From the NCBI GenBank assembly GCA_010909165.1, contig VJWM01000044.1, positions 682,001 through 746,000 on the forward strand: a stretch of 64,000 nucleotides of DNA, in the 5' to 3' direction. The translations under genes and the position numbers were made by a program. Below the pieces are notes generated by a model that worked only from the letters and a program-made list of their open reading frames with translations, searched no databases and was not told the origin of the DNA. Within the stretch, counting starts at the first letter, position 1. Each line of letters opens with the position of its first letter. Of the stretch, positions 50,261-64,000 are shown in pieces. This DNA comes from Anthoceros angustus. Its lineage: Eukaryota > Plantae > Anthocerotophyta.

Positions 50261-50911
50261 AAAGTGGACGACCAAAAGTATGTAGGTCAATGTCGCTTGG
50301 CCTTTGCATTCACAAACCTTGAAGCTTGAGCAAGCATCTACAATTCAGCAAGACCTTCTTCCTCTGAATCTTATGAGTCCTCTTCATCAGAGGTGTCGTT
50401 CAACATGCTTGCAAATGCCAATGTCTTTTCTAAATCTAGAAGAAATTGTTTCCTGTGAGAATGAAAAGGCATGGCAACTTAAAGTTCTTTGGAATTCTTG
50501 GCCACCAATCTTGGCTAGATCAAATCCGGAGGCTTCTGTCTCACGTACCTCCCGCGGGGTTTGAACCTCTGGCTTGCGAGTTGGCATCGCCGCCTAGTCG
50601 TTGCTTGAGAGGCAGACACTCTAGGTTGGGACCCGCAAGCTGCAACATCATGTATGTTTATCTTGAATTGTCTAGGGTTAGAAATTCTAGCTTCCTTCAC
50701 TTCTGACAACTGCTACAATATTCTTCTACCAGCCTTATCCTCGTTAGGCTCTACCTCCTATTTCCGGTGCGCAGCGCACCAAAATCTGCTAGCGCTATTG
50801 CTGCCGTTGGCGTGGCGGGGCACGAACAACGACATGCAAAACAAAGCCGTGGTGACCAAAGGAAAGGCGAAGAGCAAGCGATAAAGACGGACCGGGGGTC
50901 GCCTTGGTCAC

Positions 50912-51050
50912 ATGGTGGATGTGACCTTGTGTCGCCTTGGTGCTAACCAAAATGGAGCAAGTGTTAGAAAGATGCAAGCAATTTTTGGTGTGGGTGCAGG
51001 ATCATTTCCCTTATTGACATCACGTGTTATTTCTGCACGCCCCGGCCCGA
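50912..51050 (+). mobile_element. Second short PIF/Harbinger transposase fragment, opposite orientation
   Basis: VTLCRLGANQNGASVRKMQAIFGVGAGSFPLLTSRVISA matches the same motif as 50115-50010; homology stops abruptly. Confidence 0.75.
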
Positions 51051-52891
51051 GTTTGCGCGTCAAAAGCACCATCGCACGCGACAAGCCGCAGAGGGAGCAG
51101 AGCGAATGGGCGTGGGCGCCTAGAGAGCTGAATACGGGAGCGATCGCAGCGCCATTGCCCTTGCTCTTCCGAGAAATGATCGAGCGGGCTTTGACGGGAC
51201 AGTGTGATTACCTAGTACCGTACTTTCTACTTGTTATTCGGGACATGAAATACTGAGCATTTTGCATAATTGTCCTCTTTTGCCAACTTTTTTTCGACCC
51301 TTTTCCAATACCGTGTAGCATTGATATGCTCTTTGAAGTTATTTGAAATCAATTTTTCCTTGTACTCCTCAGTTTGTAGAGTCTGCATGCATATCATGGT
51401 AATGAGGTTAGCTGCTGCGAAAAGAGGAGTGTAGTTTGCATACCCCAAGTGAATTGTGCACAAATCAAAAAGAAAACTACTCACTTACAATATGTCGAAG
51501 TCTAATTGAATCTTTGTTATGCCTTCCATTGTGGAGCGCTTTGGGTATTCTCGCTCGGCTTTAGCAAATGAATTGCAACACAAACCTGAACAAAAGGCAA
51601 TTTGGATCACACTCAATTTCTTGGTCTTAATATACATGATCCATGTCTTCATGCTGCCTACGTTGAGTTCGCCCCAAATAACCTTCTCCAAAGCGGATAA
51701 CATAATCTTCTCCGCTGTGCCACCGGCATTGGCTACATTCTGCCGTGCTACCGGTGTTGGCCATATTCCACCGTGGCAGCCGAGGCCACGAGAGGCGTGG
51801 TGGCGACCGGAGGAGCGGTGACAATGTGTGCTTGTACGATTGTGATTGAGACAGGTAGGAGGCGGTGTGAGCGGCGATCTCATAGGGGATAAAATGTAAA
51901 AATGGGGGAGCAAGATGGGAGGCAATGAAGGCCGGAGGGGCAGGCGGTGATAGCCATAGCGAATGTAGAAACTAGGAGATGCATGGTATGCTGTGTGAGG
52001 GGTAGTCGCATGTACATACCTAACCATATAAAACGTGTTGCAACAAGTTTTTGAAAAAGCCTATATTGTATTGTATATGTTACAAGTTTTGATCTAAATG
52101 TGTTCAATACGTAGGAATCTGCCCTGCCAACCCAACCGCATTAGGATGAAAATTTTTCTAAAAATTTGTGCCCATACCTCTGGCAGATGGAATGGGTCCA
52201 CTTGCATATACCCGTGTTATCGAAAGATACGAATTTTTAAATAGCCCATAATAAATTGAAAAAAAAATGCGGAAAATTAGGCTCCGTGTCGTCCCGATTG
52301 CCGATATGTCCCAAATGGCATGCCATATTGGACTCGTATAACTCGAGATATATAAACTCTGACTGGTGGTCCCATATATAATAACAACTTTATTTATATC
52401 TATATGGGATGGAAAGACCATCATAGGACAGAGATAATATAGATGAAATATGGCATACACATACGTACGTCTGAACAACCTGCCCGACCCGGTTTATACA
52501 ACACTCGGAGCCCGCTGTGCCGATGGGCTCTTGGTATTTTGCCCGGGACAGGCCGGATTTCCGTTTCCGGACGCGTTGTGTTACCTTTTTTTGCTTATGG
52601 CAGTTTACGGCAGTGCGTTTCGGGATGCCACGGAAACTGCAAGGTAGATACCTACCCCTTGCTACTGCAGTGATTACTGAATTTTGTTACTAAATTTTGT
52701 TTTATTGGGGCTTCCGGCATTTCAGGATACTGCGCAGCTTACCGCCGTGTGCGGTACTACGCGCTTCGAACAGCTTTGAGACCTTTGAGAAAGGGCCTTC
52801 CCACCGTAAACGCTATCTGAATTAGGGTACAGCGCAACGGAGCGGATCGGGGCGTAGTGGCAGTCTTGAGACCAGAGCAGAGCTGAGGACG

Positions 52892-54916
<2,025 letters not shown>

Positions 54917-55577
54917 AAGGCGGGGTCATTTTTTTGTACATATCTACCACTGCAACTTGTTGGGACAGCGTTGTAACAGCAATTAGTGGATTGGGTAGCA
55001 TGGGCTGTGTCGTTATGAGAGTTGCACGCCTGGGTACTGTTCTCCGGTCACATCTTTGGTCTGAGGGACGCGGGGGCTTGGATTTTGAGGTTGTGGTGGT
55101 ACAGAGGCCGAGCTGTCATCTTGAGGCTGTTCTGGTGCTGGCAGCCCATAACACTCCTGGAGTATACTTAGGTTTGCATCCGGTTCACGGTGGCATATGC
55201 CAAGAAACGCCGAAAGATATCTCTACAACCTATGAGAGCTGGTTGCAGCATCCTCTGCTCGGTATGGTCCCAGCGATCTAGGACGTATACATTGTCAGAG
55301 CTGTCGTTCACTGTGCGGCGATTAGGAACAGAAATTTCCGTAGAGTCTTTCCAAGTAGATTGGAGACCGTACGATTATAGAATGGAACTTAACTTGGGCG
55401 TAGCCAAGTTCACAAATGAGTGGTTTTCGTACTCTAGAACTAGTTTTGAGGTGTAATCTGAAATTTCACTTTGCATAGAATCTCATTAGAGAATGTAGTC
55501 TTTCTAGGGTGAAACGGTTTTCTCAGGCCCAGGCTCATCTTTAGCAAAAATACTGGACCGAAATGGAGTTTTTCAGT

Positions 55578-57040
55578 TCAAAGAACCTTCTTCTTTCTTC
55601 TTGCGCGCAATGCAGCAGATCGCTTCAAACCCACATAGTTCAGCAATGCCCCGAACAAGGCCAAATTCTGCAAAGAGAGGCACGAGGAGTTAGAGCAAAT
55701 ACTACACGATGTTATAAGCCAAACACTTAAACCCACCCGGACCTTCAAGAAATGCGTGAACTCTTGACTGTATTCAAGACTGGCGATTTTGTAGTTATAA
55801 AAGTCATGCCAAATAGGTGTAACTACCACAAGGAATAACAGCTGCACAGAGAGCGCCAAGACAGATCTTAGTTCCCGTCAGCGCTCTCGTTCCACATGCT
55901 CAGCTACGACGGAAATCCACAGCCCAAATTCCATTTACGGGTGTACAAATATCGTTACAATTCATTCTCAGCTGTGAGTGTCGCAATCGGCTCACCAAGA
56001 GATACGCCCCAAAAATGCTGTCAAAAATAAAGAGGAATCCGCCCAAGCCTTCTAAAGCTATTGCACCCACCAAAAGGTGCTTGGCCTGCGCAGAGCAACT
56101 AATGAGTGCTTGTGTTTGCACCATTTTTCCAGACAACAGACTAGTAGAAGGTGCAAGATGCTTACGTCAATCTCTGGTAAGTGAAAACCGAATCTCTTAA
56201 CCACATGCTCCAGAAACAAAGCGAGTTTCTTATCGGCAAGTGCCCGGGCGCCGCTTGCTTCAAAGCCAACGCTGAACTCGTTGATCCTGAGACACACACA
56301 TGTACACTTAGGCAAAGAATTTCAACAGATAAACGAACCCTAAGCAAGTTGGAGGAGGCCCGAATGTCACAGAGTTAGGTCCGAAACAAGAGCAAAACTT
56401 TTGAGTTCGCCCAGTGTTTGCATTCCACCTTGGAGAAAGAAAATGGACACAACTCATTCCCCATCACCTCCATAACCTCACTGCTTACTTCGATTCTCAT
56501 CGGCACTGGCAGTTTCGGTATGCACAAGACCGCAACTGTCGAAGCAAAGGCACCTGCATGCTAAAATCACAGCGGGAGCAGGCTGAGATGCCACACGTTT
56601 TGCTTCGACCAGCAACAAATCCCACAGTCTCAGAGGCGGCAAACGCTGCCCAGGGCCCCGCTGAAAGACACCAGACATACAGCTGCCAGGAAGACAGCGC
56701 ATGACCCCACCAGATATGCAGCTGCCCGGCAGACAGTGCATGACCCCCGCGCGCGGTAACCTGTCTCACAAGACCGATCTGGCACGTTGTTCTTTGTGGG
56801 TCACAGAGATTGTAGGCATGGGGAGCAGAGCTGATACACTCCTTGGGAGACAGCAAGAAATCTGGGAAATTTACGACCTAAACATGCAGGATACCAAGAG
56901 CAGCACCAGAAGCAGCGGCAACACAGGCAAGTACCCGACAGTGGGCAAGCTGGGGAAAGAATATGGACATACTTTTCAATAGCTGCCAAGATGAAGATGG
57001 CGGCAAAGAACAGTCGACCCACGAAGGATATGAAGCCCAT
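55578..57040 (-). CDS. HR-like lesion-inducing family membrane protein (SURF4/DoxX-like)
   Basis: MGFISFVGRLFFAAIFILAAIEK, ..GARALADKKLALF, IALEGLGGFLFIFDS.FGAYLL, TPIWHDFYNY and LQNLALFGALL; basic tail RARRKKKVL*. Confidence 0.85.
56670..56748. repeat. Imperfect tandem repeat, about 39-bp unit x2, in intron 1 of the lesion-inducing gene
   Basis: accaga(c/t)at(a/g)cagctgcc(a/c)gg(a/c)agacag(c/t)gcatgacccc occurs twice. Confidence 0.8.
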
Positions 57041-57414
57041 GTTGGTGATAGTCCGCTAGCGCTCCCAATCCCACTCCCACTTCCCTTCAGCTCGAATTCT
57101 CACGTAACAAGAGGAAAAACCAAATGCAGGCACGGCCTGAGCCGACCACGAGACAAAAACTTCCTATGTCATGGGTTTAGGTACCTACTCTTCAAATTAG
57201 ATTATGTACGTTCTAGCAACGCTCATAACCACAGCTACACAAGCCATCAAATAAGATAACTATCTACATACATATAAGGTCCTCAACTAAGTATTAATAT
57301 GAAGTCTAAATGATGGCTTGTGACCAATATGTTCTCGAGGTTATATATTATTTATATTTTTAAATACATCAATTGAATATTGAGAGCAAATAGTTTCATA
57401 ATCAACAATCGCCG

Positions 57415-57575
57415 AGCTAGTGGACTCCCCTTGGACCGAGGTCCTCTAGAGAGTTCTTCCTCATGGCCCTGGTATAGATCAAACAGTTTTATAATATACA
57501 CTCACGAGGGCTAGTCCCCCTTGACCCAGGGCCCTCTAGAGAGTTATTTCCCACTGCCCTGGTGTAAATGAAACT
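57415..57575. repeat. Diverged direct repeat pair
   Basis: gctagt..ccccttg(g)acc.agg.ccctctagagagtt.tt..c...gccctggt.ta.at.aaa occurs twice. Confidence 0.65.
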
Positions 57576-57637
57576 CCCCACCTTTGCATATTTATAAAGT
57601 ATCCATTCCACTGAATCATTGATATTCGATCGTTCAA

Positions 57638-57796
57638 GTGGTCCTATATTAGTCTAATGGTCATTGGTGGGTGCTATTTGCTTTCACCAGCAAGGTTGTT
57701 TAGGCTGATTAGTTCATGTGGTCGTATATTAGTCTAGTGGTCATTGGTGGGTGCTATTTGCTTTCACCAGCAAGGTTGCTTAGGCTGATTAGTTCG
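57638..57796. repeat. Tandem repeat, 80-bp unit x2
   Basis: gtggtc(c/g)tatattagtcta(a/g)tggtcattggtgggtgctatttgctttcaccagcaaggttg(t/c)ttaggctgattagttc at 57638 and 57718. Confidence 0.92.
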
Positions 57797-59461
57797 TGCT
57801 GCTGTGGCCTATGTGACACTAAACTTTATATTTATTTATCGGATTAAGAAGAATTAACTGAATCATTGATATTAGATAAGATCAATTGGTCCTATAGTTT
57901 AGTAGTTAGGACATTGGACTTTGAATTTGGTAAGCCAAGATTAAATCTTAGTAGGACCTTAAGTGGATAATAGTTGATAATAAGATGTTCTTGTCCTAAA
58001 GAAAGACGAAGTATAAAATCTATTATTTGTAGAAATGAAAGAAAAACCAAATTCAAAAGGGTTTGGTTAGCCTATCCTAATTACTTGTAAAAAGTGAAGA
58101 CCAAATATAAAGTTTTTTGTTGCAAAAATAGAAAAGAAAACTAAATTTAAAATCTTTTGGTTGTAGAAATCCAAAATATGTTGATTAACCAAGTACACAA
58201 GTGCTTGGTTTAGAAAATATTAGATCTAGATCTATACACATTATGACCAAGTTTTAGAGTCTTTTTCAAATTCTTTCCTCCATATTACCAAGTGATCTGA
58301 GTCTTTACAATCCACGTTTTTAGCTTAATCTGCAGCAAGAGCAGCAACTTATTCAGCAAATGTCTTCGTATTTTTGACCCGACTTCCTCAGCGCCTTTTG
58401 CCTTCTTGTATAGTGGGTGTCGAAGGAACTTGTACAACAAATGTCTTGAACTAATTTTGGGATCCAGGGATGGATTTTACTGCCATCACTCCAGTTGCAT
58501 CTCTTTTCGCTTAAGGGTTGCATCCTTCCTCTCCTTTTCTTCTATTCCTGCAACTTCAACTATATTTGCTTTTCACTTTGTAGACATGCGCAAGACCTTC
58601 TTATTGAGCTTAATCTAGTTTCGATTTTCAGACGTTGATTTTTCTTCTACCATTGCAGCTCCAATTATATCTCTTTCTTGTTCAGCTGTCACTACCTTTT
58701 CATTAAGGTCAATGTCAGAGTGTTGTTCTTCGGGTCTTGATTTTGCTTCCACGATTGTAGCTCCGACTACTTTTCTTTTTTCCTCAGCTATCAGTACCTC
58801 TTCATTGGATTTTAAATCAATTCTTGAGTCTCCTCCTAATTGTGCTTTGTACATAGAATCATCAATGTCAAATCGAAGAATATCAACATGATTGGGTGCG
58901 TAAGTTTCAAATTCACTTGTACCTGGTTCAAGCACCCCAACTGGACTTGGATTCAAATTTGGACTTGGGTAGCATCTAACGTCCTTGTTATACTGCATTC
59001 ACAAACATTAAGAAAATTGTGACTGAAAACTTTCACATAGGAAAGACTTTGACTCCTTTTAGATCCAAGGCTTCTGTTATCAACAAGATATTTACTCCAG
59101 TATTTGGACAAATTAGTGACACATTCACGTATTAGTAAGGAAATCTCAATATTCAACCCAAATTCCATCATTTTAGGGGACGTGAAACACACATGAGCAT
59201 ACTCTCCTCCTCCTGCGTGGTAACTCCAATAGTCCATATCAAATGGGAAGAGATTGGGATCATGAAGTATATCTTTTGGTTGATCCTCTTTGGTCCTGTC
59301 TTCTCGATCTTGTTCGTCATGAGTATTCAACTTCTTACTTTCATCTTCCATTTCTGATCTACTATCGATGCTCTACCAATCTACGAGTTAAGTAGAAGTT
59401 TGATCGGGCCTATAGTTTTAATATTGTACAAATATTCAACTTCTTGGGGCTGTGAGGATTA

Positions 59462-59745
59462 CTCAACTTACTGCAAGACAAGCATATATAGCCACTACTT
59501 TGCCCTTGGACCATAAAGTTTCTCGGTAGGGATGATTTCTCATTAATCACTTAATTTGTTTCAAGAAAGTTATTGAATTTCTTCTACATACACATGCTTT
59601 ACTCCTCAACTTGCTGCAAGACAAGCATATATAGCCATTACTTTGCCCTTGGACCACAAAGTTTCTCGGTAGAGATGATTTCTCATCAATTAATTCATAT
59701 GCTTCGAGAAAGTTATTGAATTTCTTCTAAATACACATGCATCAC
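59462..59745. repeat. Tandem repeat, about 143-bp unit x2
   Basis: ctcaactt(a/g)ctgcaagacaagcatatatagcca..actttgcccttggacca.aaagtttctcggtag.gatgatttctcat...agaaagttattgaatttcttcta.atacacatgc at 59462 and 59605. Confidence 0.92.
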
Positions 59746-60680
59746 TAACATTGCTTTAAGTGCACCTGCTACAATCACAGAAATGATGGTGCAGCCACTT
59801 GCAGAAAGAATTGTCCAGCACACTGTCGCTTCCATTCCTTGAACACACAAATTTGCTTCAACAATACACAGCCACAATGGTCAAAGATGTTCATGACTGC
59901 TATAGATACGAGATGTAACCACACACACATAACAAACTTCGTCATGGTTTTGCGATGCAGGAGTGCTACTAGTCAAGACGCCAATGTGTATCGAGGTTTG
60001 AAGTACATCTAGCTAGTTGTCCATGAACTACACACTCCACAATTGTTGCGCTTTCTTGCTGTTCTTTAACATCGAACTTGCGTGGTACAGGGAACAAGTC
60101 CTCAGACTGCAGCAACCATCGAATTCATGGGGGCACAGGAGATTAGTCTGACTCGCAGCGTCGGCGTATATACTGCTTTCACTATTGATCATAATGGAAG
60201 ACAAGCCTCATAACTTATACGAGGGGCCAGCGTGCAAAGTATTGAGCTTTTGTAGTCCATGTTGGCTGGTCATCATGTGGCCTTTCCTCACATCAGCTCA
60301 TTCTCACTTCTTGCTCTTGCTTCGTTTTCATGTGCACCTATTTTGGGGGTGAAGTAATATTACACCACCTAATTATTTTTACTATAGATTAAGATCATCA
60401 ATTAATTTTATATAATAAATTATGAGTATTTATTTATCTAATCAATTTTAGTTGATAAATTATTGAATTGATTAAGTAATCAATTACTTGATGCTATTTT
60501 GTAACATAACACACTCGGTAGCAATGCATGACATAGGTCAGCTCTCACAAGACAACGTGGTTGCATGTAGTGCTAAATACATAATCTTCACGCAGCATAG
60601 AGCTTGGGCTAACTTGTCCTGCATTACTATTACAACTTCACATTCTGCATATAAATTGAAGACTCTACATTGAATTTCCC

Positions 60681-60914
60681 TTGGATGCATATGGGACACA
60701 TCTTACTTGTTGTCCCAATGGGGCTCAGCGCATTGCCAGCCATGACGTCATTCATGACGTTATGTTTGCAATGGCTCGTGAAAGTGGTTATATGGCTAGG
60801 AGGGAGCATTGGAATGCTTTACATACGGGTCAGACGGTCATGAGAGCCAACTTGTACCTCCCCCAGGATGACCAAGTCTCGGAGCCAAACGTAGTGGTTA
60901 TTGAGCCTACATAG
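60681..60914 (+). mobile_element. Non-LTR retrotransposon remnant of the restriction-like-endonuclease type (CRE-like): C-terminal zinc knuckle and endonuclease
   Basis: DAYGTHLTCC..G..RIASHDVIHDV....ARESGY.ARRE......G..MRANL......NVVVIEPT fits the D.G.H...C..G....RH..V.D....E....RPD....DV.V..P pattern, with decayed residues. Confidence 0.65.
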
Positions 60915-61307
60915 GAATCCACCTGTGAATAGGTTATCTTTAATTCGTCCAAGTTGGATGGCAGATAGTGTGACGGCTTCTAAGGTTACTAAGTATAGGG
61001 GAATGTAGGCATGCCACCTAGCTTCTTAATCCTCCTTGTCTCGGAAAGAAATGAGTCGTTGGCTAAGACTATGTGCTTTGGCACAAGACTTGATAAATTT
61101 ATCAACCATACAAGGAGATATGGAGCAGAGCTACATCTCTCCTATTTCAAAATGTTCTTTCGGCAGCAGGTGTCCATTGCCCTCTAAAGGGCACTTGCAG
61201 GGGCTATCTTACGGACAGTAACGACTGCTGGAGATGCATCCCTATGTAGGATGACTAATTTAATAATATGTAGGTCATTCAATCTCCCTAAAACTTTATG
61301 ACATTGT

Positions 61308-61329
61308 AGAAGAAGAAGAAGAAGAAGAA
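61308..61329. repeat. (GAA)n microsatellite
   Basis: agaagaagaagaagaagaagaa. Confidence 0.9.
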
Positions 61330-61851
61330 TTTTATTTAAGTCCAATAAGGACGGATTTTCGTCATGAGACTTGGTACTTAAAAACTTGTACCATGGTGTG
61401 CCTAAGCTACTTGCACCAAGGGCATCCACTCCCTTCAGGCACCCCATCTAAGTACCGATCTAAGCTCAGGATGCTTAATCAGGACGTTCTTATAAATGTG
61501 TGTCCATTTGGCGTGTAGGTGTTGTAGGTACAACTTTAGTGTAGGTACAACTTTAGACACAACGACCACCTTGCATGCACACCCATGAGGTATCGCACCA
61601 TCCATATTAACGATTTAAATAGGACTATGTAGATCAATTAAACATATAAATGAATAATTACATTGTATCAATCAAGAAAGAAAGAGTTAATTAATTAAAC
61701 ATGAAAAGACAAACTTAACTTAAAACCAAAAGATACGTCTATTCAACCTAGGGACACAACCCTAATGAAAAGGTATGACTATTGGTATTCTATCCTAAGT
61801 AGATATTATCCACTGTGCCGTAAATGGTCAACACTCATATTCACTTCAACA

Positions 61852-63320
61852 CTCCCACTTGTTGATCATTTCAGCAGGTGAGAGTGTGCTTCATTCCTTT
61901 CTTCGGCCAGCTGCAATGCTTACTGATTCTGACTGTGAGTGCGTCGCGCTCAGCTGCTCCACGTCCCATGGCGATACCTACCACTATTTAACAAGCCAGG
62001 CTAGCAGGAGACCATTATCGGTCAGGTGTGCTACGCTCCTGACCTTAGTCTTTCTGCTGTCTCTTTTAGTGAGGGAGGTCTTTGAGCGTAAGCTCACCTT
62101 CACTATGTCGTCTTCTTGAGCCGGCCAGCGCCCGGCCTGCAGGGACCACCTCGGTCATTTTGCGAGAAGAGCAGTGTCCCAGACTAAGACAACTGCCTCA
62201 CGTTCTGTGTTGGCAGCTGCGGCGGCTGCTGTTGAAAGCTCAGAGGCTCCTAGGAGATGCGGACGCCCTAGGGGAACGACCAACGCCGTCCTTAGGGCGA
62301 GGAGGGAGGCACAAACCGCCAACATGGACGGTCCTTCAAGACAGGCACCTGCTGCCGAGCAAGATGAGGGCGCAGCCAAAACTGCTGCTGGTGCTAGCAG
62401 AAGGTTCGTTACTCATGATTTCGCCTATTTTAATGAAGAGTCCTCGCCTCCAATCCCTTTCAAGTTCCCAGAGCCTACAAACGAGTATGAAGAAACACAG
62501 ATTGTGAGCTGTGGAATGGTGAGGCACCCGAGCACGCCTGTCTGGTACAGGTGCCATGACACTAGCAGGCTTCTGATGAAGCGCCACGCAGTTCACTGCT
62601 GCAGGACGTATAAGGGGCACGTCCTGAGCGTGTACAGTAAGGGTCTGCTTCCTTGATTTCTTTGAATATGTCTCAGCATATGCCCTGGTCTATCTTTTCT
62701 AAATTGCTCTCACTGGTCGTCCACAGGGTCCACCATTAGGCTAGAAGATGAGAGAATCTCCTATGAGGAGAGAAAGAAAAAGAATTCTCCTTGCTCGAAC
62801 GAAAGCTTTTCTTCACCAACTGAGCCTGATTCCGAGAATCCTGTAGAGGAGAGTAGCTCGGAGTCCATCTCCTGAAGGTCTGGAGACAAGAGGTCATATA
62901 GCTATCAGTCTGACTACTACAGCCACTCTAGCTACTAGCCAACTAGGGCTTCTTAGTGCGGCTGAGGAAGTCCTCTGACTTCCCCATGCCAAGACTTTGG
63001 GCATGTTTGTTATGCAGCTTCCTTGAAAGAGCTTTCGTCAACACATCTGCTGGGTTGTCTTGTGTTGCCACATATTCGAGAGCAATCGATCCTGCCTTCA
63101 CTAAATCTCTTATGTAGTGATACTCCACCTCCACATGCTTTGTGCGTGAGTGGAATACAGGGTTCTTGGCCAAGGCAATTGATCCTTGGTTATCTGTATG
63201 TATTGTTGTATAGGAAGGCAATGGTATCCCAAGCTCCTCAAATAGCAACTTACACCAGACGATCTCCTTTGCAGCAGCAGTGAGTACTCTGTACTCAGCT
63301 TCAGTACTGGAGGGACGCGC
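61852..63320 (-). mobile_element. Ty1/copia LTR retrotransposon 3' part: RNase H, about 1.1-kb 3' region and polypurine tract; 3' LTR starts TGTTG at 61851 and extends leftwards (end not defined)
   Basis: SSTEAEY..L..AAKEIVW...LFEELG..DNQGSIALAKNPVFHSRTKHVEVEYHYIRD..Q.NPADVLTKAL. The minus strand reads AAGTGGGAG (61860-61852) followed immediately by TGTTGAAG. Confidence 0.93.
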
Positions 63321-64000
63321 CAGGATCATGAGCTCCGGCCGACAACGAGGTATGCTCCCCGGACCCCGTAGTGGGTCAGGACGGCCTAGGTGAAGGTAGT
63401 CTAGTGAGGAGTGGGGAGCCGGAGCGAAGAGAGCTTAACAACATAAAAATAGCTAGTATTGGAGTGAGAATTTTTCGAGGAAGTGCGTTTGCATTTGAGT
63501 TTTGAGAATTGGGTATGTGGAAAGAAGGAATATTTGATGAAGAACAAGAATTAGCTGGAATATGAAGAAATGAAAAGGACACAAACACTTGACAGACACT
63601 TAGAAAAAGAAAAGCATAAGGAAGAAAAGAACGTGGTATACGCATACGATCAACAAAAATATATGTTCTTCACATGTTATTCAATGCAGTCTATTTGCCA
63701 CACAATAATCCATTGTCCTGTTGTCCACCAGGCAGTGATACTGCACCTTGGGGCCATGCTTGGCTGCATCCCACTTGGGGATCCTGCCTAACCGTGCATA
63801 CACATCCAACTTCCAATCCACGTCACACTTCAAACCCTTCGACCTCCGAGACAACAACTCATTTATGATGTAACGCACATGGTCCATGAAGGTAAATGTC
63901 TTCCTAGCATCTGCTATGGTGTTGTATGTGGTCCCTGGCTATGATCCTCATCTCTTCCTCAGTGAGTCCAGCGAGCACATATGCATCCATCCACTTGTAC

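Noticed and set aside
61500-61851. Full extent of the copia 3' LTR and its target-site duplication
   Set aside because: Only the TGTTG start next to the PPT is supported; there is no second LTR in the window to define the end.
63681-63887. 68-aa minus-strand ORF at the window end
   Set aside because: Too short and possibly truncated by the window edge; no family recognised.

Overview
Gene-dense, intron-containing land-plant nuclear DNA. The short introns (mostly 55-170 bp), tight gene spacing and GC-rich coding sequence suggest a Selaginella-like non-seed plant; this is inferred, not proven. In order, the window holds: two tandem pectin methylesterases; a divergent protein tyrosine phosphatase; a class-3 lipase; DXS; a lipoxygenase (LOX)/BURP locus rearranged by two overlapping microhomology-bounded tandem duplications (about 4.37 kb and 1.49 kb); SPIKE1 DOCK-GEF; a PPR remnant; a SABATH methyltransferase pseudogene; FAM91A1; PIF/Harbinger remnants; RPT6; an HR-like lesion-inducing gene; and a repeat/TE-rich end with a CRE-like non-LTR remnant and a Ty1/copia 3' end. 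The most notable item is the LOX. It has Gly at the Coffa-Brash stereo-determinant (predicting an R-LOX), His instead of Asn as an iron ligand, and a C-terminal Ala instead of Ile, and it sits about 0.5 kb upstream of a BURP-domain gene. Caveat: many frameshifts are 1-bp losses in G/C homopolymers, so uncorrected long-read errors and haplotype mis-assembly are real alternatives to pseudogenisation and true duplication.
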